A stretch of DNA of 64,000 bases from a virus (IMGVR_UViG_2724679353_000001:1-64000), one strand, 5' to 3'. Shown: positions 20,194 through 30,168, counted from the first letter of the stretch. The notes: generated by a model from the sequence alone, not told the origin. Numbers and translations: made by a program.

Positions 20194-21816
20194 CTAAGAT
20201 TGTTTACCTATCGCAGCCCAAACATCCATCACAGTGACTTCCATTGGCGCATATAAGATCATCGCCGAATCTGCCAGGTTGGGTGACTTGGTGCCGTCAG
20301 GTTTTTTATCCACCACAATTTTCCCTACGCCATTAACTGAGTAGGTAGGTTGCGATAATTCAGAAGTTAATTTGGTCAGGTTTTTGAGGTTTTTCGGGAT
20401 AGAGATAATGTCATCAGGATTGAACTCCATGTTCTCTTTAACCGCTCGGTACGTTTTCTGGAACCGGGTACGCAAACTCCACCAGCCTTGCGCTTTGGCG
20501 TTCGCAAAGAAATCCTTGTTAAGCCGCCCCTGTTGACCGTTATCGCCGGGAATGGCCTCATCATCTGGGTCGGTTACGCCACCACTGCCACGGAATGGTG
20601 TGGCGATGATATGCCGTCTGCGTTGTGCCTCACGTTGTTCATTGATAACACGGGCATCACCACGCGCACCGGCTCCCAATCCATCGGTATCAAAACGGAA
20701 AGTTTCGAGGTTTTGTGCATCGCAAATATCAAAGGCTTTTTGTACGGTACCGAAAATATCATCGCCTTTACCCGACCACTCTTCGATGCTTTCAAGCAAG
20801 AAACCGTGACGACCGGCAAAGGAGTTGGTGTCCTTGCCCTCGTCAGCAATATCGAGAGCGCCTAAGCGCTGGCCAGTTGGCACAATACCCAACACCTCAT
20901 GCGCGTTGATTGCCGCCTGCACCCATGCGGACGGGATCAATACGCCCTCAACAGAGGCGCTGTAGTTGATATCAATTTCCTGCGCCACTGTTACCGGATC
21001 AAGCTCTTCAACTTGTTTAGCGTACCAAGCGTCGTCTTTGCGCGGATCATCACGCCAATGGAACGTAAACACGTCTACCTTGCCGCTGTGTCGGCGCTCG
21101 GCAAAGGAATTCGCCATACCATTAGGTGTCGAGATGTCTTGACGGCAGTTTGTCGTTGCTGAAAGTGAAGCATCAACCAGGTACGGTCGTTCCAAGTGGG
21201 AAGATTCATCGACGATGTAGAATGATGTTCGGTCACCGCGCCCTATACCGTCCCCCGCTTCTCCTGTCATTGCCGACTCAGTTTCAGGGAACAGGATTCT
21301 CATGTGTGGGGCGTGAGCCTTCGGATTCCAGCCGCCTCGAAACTCAAAAGGAAGTAACCCTACAAAGTTTCGTGCTTTATCAAATAAGGATTTCGGCGAT
21401 CCGATCTTGTCTACGTATTCTTCTTTACGTGAACCAAATCCAGCAATTATCCCTTTATTGAAAAGGCACAATGATGCAGCCATTCCCACAGTCAGCCACG
21501 ACATTCCCATATCGCGGGTTTTTTCAGTAATGCCGGGCCTCGATGTGCGCCAATGTTCTATAAACCACTCGATCCACTCTTCCTGCTTTGGGAATAATAA
21601 GAACGGGATACGGGCAGGCAATCCACGCTCAACGTTGCGCGGGTCAACTGTCATACCCCAATCAATGATGAACTGAGCCGGGTTATCTTTGTAGAACGCT
21701 TTCATAACCGGCAGTAATTCAGGCTGCTGACGAATGCGCTGCAATCGCTCCATTCGCCACTCAAAAACCTGCATATAGTCCGGATTTTTGAAGTCAAAAG
21801 GGAACGGCAGTGGCAT
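20194..21816 (-). CDS. terL: Terminase large subunit
   Basis: KTRDMGMSW Walker A-like, YIVDE Walker B, SPNLADS nuclease motif; RBS AAGGAGG before MPLPFPF. Confidence 0.92.
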   Translation of the reverse strand: MPLPFPFDFKNPDYMQVFEWRMERLQRIRQQPELLPVMKAFYKDNPAQFIIDWGMTVDPRNVERGLPARIPFLLFPKQEEWIEWFIEHWRTSRPGITEKTRDMGMSWLTVGMAASLCLFNKGIIAGFGSRKEEYVDKIGSPKSLFDKARNFVGLLPFEFRGGWNPKAHAPHMRILFPETESAMTGEAGDGIGRGDRTSFYIVDESSHLERPYLVDASLSATTNCRQDISTPNGMANSFAERRHSGKVDVFTFHWRDDPRKDDAWYAKQVEELDPVTVAQEIDINYSASVEGVLIPSAWVQAAINAHEVLGIVPTGQRLGALDIADEGKDTNSFAGRHGFLLESIEEWSGKGDDIFGTVQKAFDICDAQNLETFRFDTDGLGAGARGDARVINEQREAQRRRHIIATPFRGSGGVTDPDDEAIPGDNGQQGRLNKDFFANAKAQGWWSLRTRFQKTYRAVKENMEFNPDDIISIPKNLKNLTKLTSELSQPTYSVNGVGKIVVDKKPDGTKSPNLADSAMILYAPMEVTVMDVWAAIGKQS

Positions 21817-21870
21817 AATCTTTTCCTCCTTACAAGGTTTTTGCTTGTTCACAGCTAAAAGGAACCACAC

Positions 21871-22182
21871 ATGGCAGTTGACGATGAAGTTTTAGCCGCA
21901 TTATTGGAACGTGACGTATTCGAAGGAAAAGGCGCGGCAGAAGGTATTGCACGCAGTGGTCGAGACCGAGGATATGCAGCCTTAAGTCAGGCGCAGAAAA
22001 ATGTCATAGACCCATTAATGACCTTACCATGCGATGGTGTTGAAGATCCCGGCGGCCATCATAATGAGTGCACTCATATTTTGGCTGACAATGAGTTGCT
22101 TACTGCTATTGGCAGCGAAGGTTACTATGATGCGCTACTCTGTACCGACTGCCGCGCTGACTATTACGAGTGGTATGAGTAA
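21871..22182 (+). CDS. Acidic Cys-containing hypothetical protein, antisense moron between terS and terL
   Basis: RBS AAGGA; fills the terS-terL gap; C..C..CxxC; followed by a terminator. Confidence 0.7.
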   Translation: MAVDDEVLAALLERDVFEGKGAAEGIARSGRDRGYAALSQAQKNVIDPLMTLPCDGVEDPGGHHNECTHILADNELLTAIGSEGYYDALLCTDCRADYYEWYE

Positions 22183-22192
22183 TTTGCCGTTA

Positions 22193-22218
22193 GTGGGGCT
22201 CATAGCCCCATTTTTTTA
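22193..22218 (+). terminator. Terminator of the antisense moron
   Basis: TGGGGCT-cat-AGCCCCA followed by T8. Confidence 0.75.
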
Positions 22219-22220
22219 GT

Positions 22221-23243
22221 TCAGCCCATCATTTTACGGTAGGCTTCGGCGGCTTCGTCTGGGGTCATATTTACCGTCTCAGTTTTAACCGGACCACCAT
22301 CAGGGCCGCTAATTTCTGTTTTGTTTTTCAGCATACCTAAATGCTGAGCAACCATCTTTAAAGCCTCATCCTGATTACGGGTAATGGCCTCAATACCAAA
22401 CTTACCCTCTTTCACTCCAGAGAACAGGCGACGAGCTGCACCGCGCAGATCCCGCGTATCGTGAAAGTGAGTACGTCCAACACCCTCACCATTGCATCGG
22501 GGGCAGTCAGGGTTAGGATCAAGCGTGGCATCAAAACCGTAACCGCCAACATCTAATGGTTCTCGCTTTTTGCTCTCCACCGCTTTCAAGCGGACTTCTT
22601 CAAACTCAACAGCATCGCGCCACTGGTACTGATAACCGAATCCCCAGCAATGTCGGCAACACAAGCGGCGTAGCTCAGTAATTTGGCTGGCATCAGCTGT
22701 GGCAATATCCCACCACCATTTCAGTACAGCATCTTGGGTTATTCGGGTGCGCCTTTCCCTAGCGTCCAATGCGTCGCGAATGGCCCGGCTAACCTTAGCA
22801 TTCCTGTACATGCGTGAAGCGTTCACGTAAGCCGTATTGCCCTCTCCTTTACCGCCAGACCTTTTATATGCCGCCGTACTATTCAGGTCGATCAAGTATT
22901 CACTCACAAAACGAGCCTGCATATCATTAAGCCCGTACTCGTCAGGGTTTAATATGAATTCTGGTTCGTCATTTCCATCTACCAGGTATTCTGAATCTAT
23001 TTCACTTTCAACGTGAACCGCTGGTTTTCTATGTTTGGTTCGCGGGTTCTTGTTTTGGTTCGCACTAATTGTCTGCGAACCTACATTATTGCGAACCTGT
23101 TCGTGTTTAGGCCATTCATCAGCCTTTGCCCTCTTTCTTACCGCTGTATCACTTACACCGTATTTCTTGGCAAGCTCTCTTATGGAAAGAGCGCCGGAAC
23201 GGTAGTCACGCTCTATGCCTCTCCAGTCAGTGTCTTTTGCCAT
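22221..23243 (-). CDS. terS: Terminase small subunit with N-terminal HTH and Zn-finger insert
   Basis: QARFVSEYLIDLN..AAYKR motif; EISGPDGGP tail; CRHC/CPRC. Confidence 0.85.
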   Translation of the reverse strand: MAKDTDWRGIERDYRSGALSIRELAKKYGVSDTAVRKRAKADEWPKHEQVRNNVGSQTISANQNKNPRTKHRKPAVHVESEIDSEYLVDGNDEPEFILNPDEYGLNDMQARFVSEYLIDLNSTAAYKRSGGKGEGNTAYVNASRMYRNAKVSRAIRDALDARERRTRITQDAVLKWWWDIATADASQITELRRLCCRHCWGFGYQYQWRDAVEFEEVRLKAVESKKREPLDVGGYGFDATLDPNPDCPRCNGEGVGRTHFHDTRDLRGAARRLFSGVKEGKFGIEAITRNQDEALKMVAQHLGMLKNKTEISGPDGGPVKTETVNMTPDEAAEAYRKMMG

Positions 23244-23306
23244 GATGATCCCTTAGTGTCATTACGCAGTAACCTTGTTAGGTTGCTCTGTGATGATATT
23301 TAGGCG

Positions 23307-23331
23307 TAAAAAAACCACCCGCAGGTGGTTC
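23307..23331 (-). terminator. Terminator after the GvpU-like moron
   Basis: AACCACC-cgca-GGTGGTT with A-run. Confidence 0.65.
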
Positions 23332-23351
23332 AGTGATTAAATAAAAATTAT

Positions 23352-23783
23352 CTATGAAGGCATTCCCAAATAGTACCCATCAATTTCTTCGATTTTTATT
23401 CGTAACAAAGAACCAGTACGGTAAACTAGGCCTCCATCATTTTTGTGGGTTGCAAATTGTTCTAAGTGCAGGAAGTTAAGTGGCAACTCTTTACTATCAT
23501 TGTCATCTTGGGTGTAAAGTGTTTTACCCGCATTCGAGAAGTATTCAGCCACCTGAATCCCAAGACCTCCAGTGCTAGCCAAATTAGATGCTATTGACTT
23601 GTAATACTCTTTACCAGAAGTCAAAGTGCCAGAGATAATGGTCCCTTTAATAAATAAAGTAATAGTTATACCAGCACCTACATTGGCTATACTCGCCAAA
23701 TACAGCAGATCCGCGTCTTTAATTTTATGGGATATGACGTCTTGAATTTGATTTTCATGATTGTCGCCAACAACATTGTCCAT
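23352..23783 (-). CDS. GvpU-like small beta protein (moron)
   Basis: GITITLFIKGTIISGTL..GKEYY and FLHL motifs; AT-rich. Confidence 0.6.
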   Translation of the reverse strand: MDNVVGDNHENQIQDVISHKIKDADLLYLASIANVGAGITITLFIKGTIISGTLTSGKEYYKSIASNLASTGGLGIQVAEYFSNAGKTLYTQDDNDSKELPLNFLHLEQFATHKNDGGLVYRTGSLLRIKIEEIDGYYLGMPS

Positions 23784-23870
23784 TTTAATCCCCTTAATAA
23801 ACCTACATCCAGTGCATAGGCTTACATTTATATATGGGTATTTATCTGAATACCAAGGGGGATTGATTAA

Positions 23871-24059
23871 TTATTCTGCTCTCACGATATCCACATTCGT
23901 TATCGTCAGCTTACGGATGCGGCGGGTTGCTTCGCGAGAAATGGCGCTCAGATTCTTGGGAGTGGCTTTCACCTTTGCATATTTGCGCAATAGGCTATCA
24001 GTTACCTCGCTAATCTGTTTCTCAGTGGGTGGGATAATGCTTACCTGTAGCTTATGCAT
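23871..24059 (-). CDS. Hypothetical protein
   Basis: RBS AAGGA; follows the spanins. Confidence 0.5.
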   Translation of the reverse strand: MHKLQVSIIPPTEKQISEVTDSLLRKYAKVKATPKNLSAISREATRRIRKLTITNVDIVRAE

Positions 24060-24080
24060 CTGCTGTTCCTTATTTGAGGG

Positions 24081-24341
24081 TTACGTTTTACTCCCTACTC
24101 TCTGCCGCCAGTCGATAACCTCATCAAGCCGACCTTTGCAGATTCGTAGTTCCCGCTTTAATTCCATCGCGTACAACCCGCCATCTCCCCATGTAGTACC
24201 GGTAAATTCTGGAACCTCACAAGGGGTAAGCGCTGACTCTGCGGGTAATAATAGGGCGGGTTCGGTAATGGGTGGTTTAACGGGATTATTCACGCATGAC
24301 GTTAATGACATCACCAGGCATAGGCTTGATAGCACATTCAT
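24081..24341 (-). CDS. o-spanin (Rz1-like lipoprotein)
   Basis: Lipobox LTSC, Pro-rich; overlaps the i-spanin end. Confidence 0.8.
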   Translation of the reverse strand: MNVLSSLCLVMSLTSCVNNPVKPPITEPALLLPAESALTPCEVPEFTGTTWGDGGLYAMELKRELRICKGRLDEVIDWRQRVGSKT

Positions 24342-24618
24342 CACTCGCCGCTGCTGCTTTAAACCGTGCAACCTGTAATTCACTTTCATTGCGTAGTTTC
24401 CTTTCGTTCTCAAGCTGACGGGTTGTAGCTGCTCGGTTGGCTGCGTCATTCACCTGGTATGCATCGATGATGTTGCCGAGGGCTGTGTTTGTGGCTTGCT
24501 CATCACTCAGCGCTTTTTCCGCTTTTTGGATATCATTTGAGAGGCGATAACTGTTAAAGAACAGAGCCGACACAATAACCACCAGCACAGCAATGACTAA
24601 TCCGATGGCCTTATTCAT
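24286..24618 (-). CDS. i-spanin (Rz-like)
   Basis: N-terminal TM plus coiled coil after the endolysin. Confidence 0.8.
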   Translation of the reverse strand: MNKAIGLVIAVLVVIVSALFFNSYRLSNDIQKAEKALSDEQATNTALGNIIDAYQVNDAANRAATTRQLENERKLRNESELQVARFKAAAASDECAIKPMPGDVINVMRE

Positions 24619-25144
24619 CCAGCCCCCAGCATGTCAGTTCACTTTCTTGCGCACGGCGTTCTATCTGCCCGTAACAGTTGTTGGAGCGAATGCGGCAATC
24701 TTTCCCGCCGTCCATGATCCAGCGCTTGATCTCAGCACATGCGCCTTTACGGTCGCCAGCGTTGAGTTTGTAATAAAACGTAGATGGTAGGCATTTGGCA
24801 GGGCCAATGTTGTAAGGACAGAATGAAGCTATACCGGCTTTCTGTGGTTCTGTCAGTGGAACGTGAACATTCCGTTCAACCCAGGCTATGGCAGCGGCTG
24901 ATTCTTTCTGGTTTAACTTGTCGCATTGAGCGGCGGTAAGTCTCATCCCCATTAGCACTGGTTTACCGTCGATATAAGTAATGCCACGACAAATAGTCGG
25001 CTTACCCTGCCCATCCCTATAAGCTGAAAGGCGATTCCCCTCTCTCTCATCAAGGTAGTGATCAAGAATTATCGATGCCGGTGCGCCAGCTAGCACAACA
25101 CCCAGAACGGTAGCGCTGAGCTTGCTCTTTGTTGATATCGACAT
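24611..25144 (-). CDS. SAR endolysin (GH24 lysozyme)
   Basis: Weakly hydrophobic N-terminus; E-x8-D-x5-T triad (EGNRLSAYRDGQGKPT). Confidence 0.88.
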   Translation of the reverse strand: MSISTKSKLSATVLGVVLAGAPASIILDHYLDEREGNRLSAYRDGQGKPTICRGITYIDGKPVLMGMRLTAAQCDKLNQKESAAAIAWVERNVHVPLTEPQKAGIASFCPYNIGPAKCLPSTFYYKLNAGDRKGACAEIKRWIMDGGKDCRIRSNNCYGQIERRAQESELTCWGLDE

Positions 25145-25410
25145 TAACGATCCTCCGACATCAATATGTGCATCTCTTCATCTGTCAGGTTTTTGTTTTT
25201 CCGATTAAGGTACTCTCTGAGGAGTTTTTGCCGCTGGCACTTAAACCACACGCCAGAAGCGCACCCGATTATCGTGGTGATGATGCCAACGATAATGCCT
25301 AAAATCATCCATTCGCTCGGGGCAAGGTAGTTAATCAAACTAAATAAAACTGAGCCGATACCGCCGCCATAAGTGGCATTGTCTGCAATCCTCTCCTGCA
25401 TGTTTTTCAT
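25144..25410 (-). CDS. Class II holin (pinholin-like) with dual start M-K-N-M
   Basis: Two TM segments, basic tail; upstream of a SAR endolysin. Confidence 0.8.
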   Translation of the reverse strand: MKNMQERIADNATYGGGIGSVLFSLINYLAPSEWMILGIIVGIITTIIGCASGVWFKCQRQKLLREYLNRKNKNLTDEEMHILMSEDR

Positions 25411-25473
25411 CCTCACCCCCCGGTACCGGTTGGCATAAAAAAGGCCACGCAAAAGCGCAGCCTGAAAAAGTAT

Positions 25474-25705
25474 CGCCACTTCTCGCAGTGGCCACGCTCA
25501 TGCCCTTGAGTCTCTGCCGCCTTAAGCCGCTAATAACCGGTGTTAGTGTGGCTTGCTAACTGCTTTACCGGTGCGATTTCTCCCATTAACCCTCACCAGT
25601 TCGCCCCCAGCTTTTTACCTGAGACTGGCTACCCGCAACTTTGGGTATTCGGGGTCGCATCATGACTGCGACATATACGTGCGGCCTAACCGTTTTGCTA
25701 CAGCA
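25474..25705 (-). ncRNA. Candidate structured RNA in the late leader
   Basis: Dense run of nested stems in the Q-holin intergenic region; no credible ORF. Confidence 0.4.
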
Positions 25706-25760
25706 TTTTCCTATCCTCCAGAAATGACAAAGCCCCACCGATTGGTGAGGCCAAAAATAG

Positions 25761-25790
25761 AAAAACCCGCACAGATGGCGGGTTTCTTTT
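25761..25790 (-). terminator. Late-leader terminator (tR'-like)
   Basis: AAACCCGC-acagatg-GCGGGTTT just downstream of the Q-like gene. Confidence 0.65.
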
Positions 25791-25849
25791 AATTTCGTCG
25801 CTTGCGTGTATAGCTCCGCGAGCTTATGTCTAAATCATATATTTTTTGT

Positions 25850-26422
25850 TCAAATAGTCAAAGTTTTTTTCTCGAATCTTTTTATGTCTTTATCAAAAGC
25901 GTCGCTCATGGGGCGATAAAGCATGTATTCGGCGGTATTAATCCATACATCAATACGGCGGCGACACGTTGAAATTGATAGGTCTGGGTGCGCTTCCTGC
26001 ATTTCTTCTGCCATCGTGTAGCGTTTCTTTTTAAAAATATAATGCTGTTGCAGTATACCAATTAACCCAGGGGTTGATTGTAGAACCAAGCCAACAACCG
26101 AATCCATTAGTAACCCCTCATCATCAGTGCAATAGATTAGATTACTGTGGGCCTTGGGGTTGTTAAGGTCTCCAAATATCTCGAACAGCTCCTCTCTGGA
26201 TAAGCCTGATTTTCTCAGTTGGCTAATAGCTGCTTTTAATGCGGCTTTAGTTATTTGTTGTTTAGCCAATAATCGGGAGAATACCCCCTGAGCACCACCC
26301 GTTTTTGCTATGCGAGACCAGCGCCCCCACATCTTCAGTTTACCCTTGAGCCAAATAAGCTCTAACGTATTTAAGTGTAACTCGTTGCCATCAGCCTTAC
26401 CGCACGTCGTTGGATAAATCAT
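25850..26422 (-). CDS. Late antiterminator Q-like protein (DUF1133-like)
   Basis: Last early gene before lysis; LKMWGRWS motif; C-terminal HTH. Confidence 0.7.
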   Translation of the reverse strand: MIYPTTCGKADGNELHLNTLELIWLKGKLKMWGRWSRIAKTGGAQGVFSRLLAKQQITKAALKAAISQLRKSGLSREELFEIFGDLNNPKAHSNLIYCTDDEGLLMDSVVGLVLQSTPGLIGILQQHYIFKKKRYTMAEEMQEAHPDLSISTCRRRIDVWINTAEYMLYRPMSDAFDKDIKRFEKKTLTI

Positions 26423-26703
26423 AATTTCCCTTCCTTTCTCAATATATTCTGTGTGCGCATAACGCCCTCGGCGTGATATAGCCGTGCCGTGTCACTATCA
26501 ATTAACCTGGTGCGCCGGTCGCATTCGTCATGGCATGCACTACACCCCCATGCAGCCTGTTCATCAGATGGTTTGATCCCGGTACCGCAGGTTCCTGCCA
26601 GTCGATAATGAGTGAGAACCACAGTTTCAGAGTTGCCATTGCACACACCAGGAATACGGATTTGGCACTCACGGCCCCTTGCCTCTTTGCGTAAATTAGC
26701 CAT
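26419..26703 (-). CDS. DUF1364/YbcO-like Zn-binding nuclease-fold protein
   Basis: ARGRECQIRIPGVC...CSACHD. Confidence 0.75.
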   Translation of the reverse strand: MANLRKEARGRECQIRIPGVCNGNSETVVLTHYRLAGTCGTGIKPSDEQAAWGCSACHDECDRRTRLIDSDTARLYHAEGVMRTQNILRKEGKL

Positions 26704-26711
26704 GACACCCC

Positions 26712-27305
26712 CTAAGCCGCGTAGCTCATTAATTGACTGGCAGCGTTCTCCGCCTCAGATGGATGACTGAATGATTTACTGAGAATGAAAGTCCACAGAA
26801 CATTCAGCACTGATTTGTATAAATCGTTGAATTCCAGCTCGTCCATTTTCGCGAATGAAATAGAGCGCGGTTCACGCAGCGTTGAGCCGTCCGGTAATTC
26901 GAACAGATCATAATGGCCGGATTCGACAGTTACCCAACGGCGGAAAGCATGGAATGATTTTGCGGTAGATAAGTTTGCAGCACGTTTACCGGCTACCAGC
27001 GCCAGATAATCGTCAGCTATCTCATAAAGTACGCCCTCATTCCCCACATAGGAAATAAGTTGGCTTACATAACCGCGCAGGAATTTAAGTTCGAATGGTG
27101 ATATCGCCCCGCCCTTTGGCTCCCAATATTCAAAGCCTAGGTTGAGCAACGAGAAGAATTTACGGTGAAATGGTGCATTACGCACACGTTTGAATTCGCC
27201 GGTGACAATAGTCCCCAGCTTGGTGTTTTTAACGAAATCCTCAGCATCCGGCGTGGCCGGTACTAAGATCCCACCTGTTGATTTAGTAAAACTATACTGT
27301 GCCAT
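26712..27305 (-). CDS. DUF1367 (NinB-like) protein
   Basis: RNAPFHRKFF and PRSISFAKMDE motifs. Confidence 0.75.
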   Translation of the reverse strand: MAQYSFTKSTGGILVPATPDAEDFVKNTKLGTIVTGEFKRVRNAPFHRKFFSLLNLGFEYWEPKGGAISPFELKFLRGYVSQLISYVGNEGVLYEIADDYLALVAGKRAANLSTAKSFHAFRRWVTVESGHYDLFELPDGSTLREPRSISFAKMDELEFNDLYKSVLNVLWTFILSKSFSHPSEAENAASQLMSYAA

Positions 27306-27430
27306 TTCCGCCCCCGGATGTATGGCACAGCAGCACGATATTTAGGTTGTCGGGTGTTCAGTCCGACACTCAAAATGATAATATACCCAAAAGTAAGGAT
27401 TACACTAAAAGAAAATATTAATTTTTCGCT

Positions 27431-27925
27431 TCAGTGGCTATTAATTCTTGCTAACTCTATCTGTAAATTAAGTATAGAATCATTAAATCCCTCTCTGAAA
27501 GAAATACTCCCCTCTAGTCTTGAGCCTATCGATTTGTTTTTTAAGAGCATTACACCTACGGATGAAATATTCCTATTTACACATAAACAAGTGAAATTTG
27601 CGTACCCATCAATGTAATTACCCTCAATAGTATAAATAAGCCTATTTTCTAATCCATCCCTTAACCCATTAAGTTGCAAATTCCCTGATATTTTATGTGC
27701 TTTTTGCTTTATATTAAGATAGACCGTTGTTATCGTTTCCCCCATCACTCCATTAATTTCGAATTTTTCTTTTGCACTAGTGAACCACTCACCGTCGATA
27801 ATGGCCCCCCTATACATAACTTGCTCATAAAAAGGAATTAGCCACTTTGTAAAAAGGATTTTTATTAAAAAAATTAGGGAGGTAGTTACTACCCCAGAAA
27901 AAACTCCTATTATAATTTCTAGCAC
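27431..27925 (-). CDS. TM plus beta-barrel protein resembling SMODS-associated/Cap15 effector domains (moron)
   Basis: N-terminal TM, IDGEW, LNIKQ..KISG beta strands; very AT-rich. Confidence 0.55.
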   Translation of the reverse strand: MLEIIIGVFSGVVTTSLIFLIKILFTKWLIPFYEQVMYRGAIIDGEWFTSAKEKFEINGVMGETITTVYLNIKQKAHKISGNLQLNGLRDGLENRLIYTIEGNYIDGYANFTCLCVNRNISSVGVMLLKNKSIGSRLEGSISFREGFNDSILNLQIELARINSH

Positions 27926-27963
27926 TTACATGCCCTCGTTAAAAATTCCCATATATCATAATA

Positions 27964-28317
27964 CTATATCGTTAACTTAGTCTCATGCCACCCAAGAGTT
28001 TGCCAGCATTTACTTTCACCGATAAATGCACAGCCTTGACTATCACCGGGCAAAGCATCACCACACTTACCGCATTTGCGTCCGGATTGCTCTTTGAGCT
28101 GCGCCTGTAGCTCTGCGTTATCTTTTCGTATCAGCATGGTGATGTATTCGTCCATGTCATACGGATCACGCTGCGGGCGACGTAAGGCGCAGTTCTGCTG
28201 TAACATTTCTTTTTCTTGCTGATCTATTGTCGCTATTAATTTATAGCTTCCACTATCTCGCTCTTTCTGACGCTGTAGGCGTTTACGGGCCGCAGCCCGT
28301 TCTTTGGTATCAGTCAT
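27964..28317 (-). CDS. Basic, Cys-rich putative DNA-binding protein (homolog of 49082-49438)
   Basis: RKRLQRQKER N-terminus; CGKCGD..C..CWQTLG C-terminus. Confidence 0.7.
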   Translation of the reverse strand: MTDTKERAAARKRLQRQKERDSGSYKLIATIDQQEKEMLQQNCALRRPQRDPYDMDEYITMLIRKDNAELQAQLKEQSGRKCGKCGDALPGDSQGCAFIGESKCWQTLGWHETKLTI

Positions 28318-29150
28318 GCAGATGCTCCCGTTTATCAATGTTAGGGCTGAACCATAGGCATTCTATTTTGGTGACCGTGCCGCCCATACCAGCGCTGGCC
28401 TGTGCTGATTTCGTTTCCTTACGCCATCCGGCCAGCATGTCGTTATACAATTCGCTGTCATAACCAGAAATGATCGACATCCCTTTCAATTTTCTGACCG
28501 GCTCGAGTAATTCAATATGGTCTTGCTCGGTCATTTCGTGGCGATATGAATAACCGGTTGGTTTCCAGCGTTGGCGCGTTTCTGGTAAATATGGCGCATC
28601 AATGTAATTCAAAGTGTTATCAGTATCATGATCCAGTAACACCTGAACGGCTGGGCGGTTCTCTATCAACACACCAAGTAAACGCGAACCAATGGCAGCT
28701 AAATTATCAGGATAAGACGCCCATAACTGCTGGGCTGTCGAATATTCTCTTTTGGTATCAGTCCTAAACCCTGATTTATTGGCTGTGGCCGACGCTGAAC
28801 TAAATCCCATTGTGGCCTTAATTACCGTCCTGCGGGCCTGTTCCAATTCATCATCAATAGGCTCATAGGCAAAGTTAAACTCTTCGCGGCTATACGGTGT
28901 CAGTACACATAAATCACGTAACCGTATATTCATTACTGGATCTTGCAGCACTCGGAATAGGTTCACGATTTCGCCATCAAGATCATTATAAACCTCCGCG
29001 TGGGAGCGGGCCTTTCTCAATAGAACGGATGCCGCCCCCCCCGAACGGCTCAACATAGCAACGGTGAGCAGGGAAAAAACTGGTTATCCATTTCGCTAAT
29101 CGGAATTTTCCGCCGTGATATCTGATGACCGGATGTTTTATCTCTAACAT
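28310..29150 (-). pseudogene. D12-class DNA adenine methyltransferase, frameshifted in a G8 tract
   Basis: MLEIKHPVIRYHGGKFRLA..YVEPFGG from 29150; continues in another frame after G8 at 29035-29042; motif IV reads DAPY. Confidence 0.8.
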
Positions 29151-29491
29151 CAGTTTCCCTCCTGCACAAAAAAACCAGCGGCTTGAATAGCCCCATGAAC
29201 TACAACTATTGGAATTACTTTGGCATCAGGCATAAATTCAGATGCAGCCGTGATGCCTATATTTGGCAACACGATAGGCTGGCGTAGCTTCTCTTCTACT
29301 GCATTATATTTCCCCTGCCACTCCAAACACTCCCGCTCGTAGTGCTTTGCTGTACGCCGGTTCTTATTGGCTGAGGCCACCAGCTCCGCTATACGATCAG
29401 CTATGCTGTTAAGCACCTCACTTTCACGCGGTTCTACTCTCTCGGCCGCTGAACGAATTGCAGCAATCATGCCATCGGTTGATATATTCAT
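29150..29491 (-). CDS. Hypothetical (Ead/Ea22-like position) protein
   Basis: Overlaps neighbours; preceded by AGAGGCGAGACCA box. Confidence 0.65.
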   Translation of the reverse strand: MNISTDGMIAAIRSAAERVEPRESEVLNSIADRIAELVASANKNRRTAKHYERECLEWQGKYNAVEEKLRQPIVLPNIGITAASEFMPDAKVIPIVVVHGAIQAAGFFVQEGN

Positions 29492-29739
29492 TTGGTCTCG
29501 CCTCTGTGGTCTCTGCGGTCGCGCCAGTAATTTAAGCGCTCTTTAAAAAATTCCCGGTAATGCACCGGCACCCGTTCAATCGCTTCAAGTACCTGAGCGC
29601 GGTTGGTCCTGCGCTCGTACAGGTTTTTGATTAAGCCGCTGGCTCTCAAATCAAGATTTAGCTTTTCTTGGTATTCCTGAGGCCAGAGGCAAATGTTGTA
29701 CGGGAGTCCGGGCGGGAGATAATCCGATTGCCCGGTCAT
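29488..29739 (-). CDS. Hypothetical protein
   Basis: RBS GGGAG; in the early right operon. Confidence 0.65.
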   Translation of the reverse strand: MTGQSDYLPPGLPYNICLWPQEYQEKLNLDLRASGLIKNLYERRTNRAQVLEAIERVPVHYREFFKERLNYWRDRRDHRGETK

Positions 29740-29743
29740 GGTA

Positions 29744-30124
29744 TTAACTCCCCATGCCTACCGTGCTCATCAGTTGATTTATTCGGGATACTCGCAAGCA
29801 GTACGCCAGCTCCTTGTCATCAAATGGCATTCTGGCGGGCTTGGTTCGGGGTTCGCTTTTGTTGCGTTTTACTTGCGTGTCAGAGAATCGGAAAAAATCC
29901 TCTGAGATACTGTTGAGGGTGTATTGAGTCTTTCGACCATTGCGGCGGGTAATGTCTGCGTGGGGTGATCGAACCATACCCTGCACTCGGTAGCGCAAAA
30001 CGCTAATCGGCATTTCAGCATTAGGAAATTTTAAAGTAATAGCCTCGATAATCTGGCTGTAGTTCATGCTTTGGCCCAGCATAACCTCTGCCAATTCACG
30101 GGTAGTTAGTTCACGTTTTTTCAT
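29744..30124 (-). CDS. Hypothetical basic, winged-helix-like protein
   Basis: After the helicase; preceded by AGAGGCAAGACC-ATG. Confidence 0.65.
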   Translation of the reverse strand: MKKRELTTRELAEVMLGQSMNYSQIIEAITLKFPNAEMPISVLRYRVQGMVRSPHADITRRNGRKTQYTLNSISEDFFRFSDTQVKRNKSEPRTKPARMPFDDKELAYCLRVSRINQLMSTVGMGS

Positions 30125-30168
30125 GGTCTTGCCTCTTTTGGGGTGACTTAAGCGCTGGTCAGGCGCGC

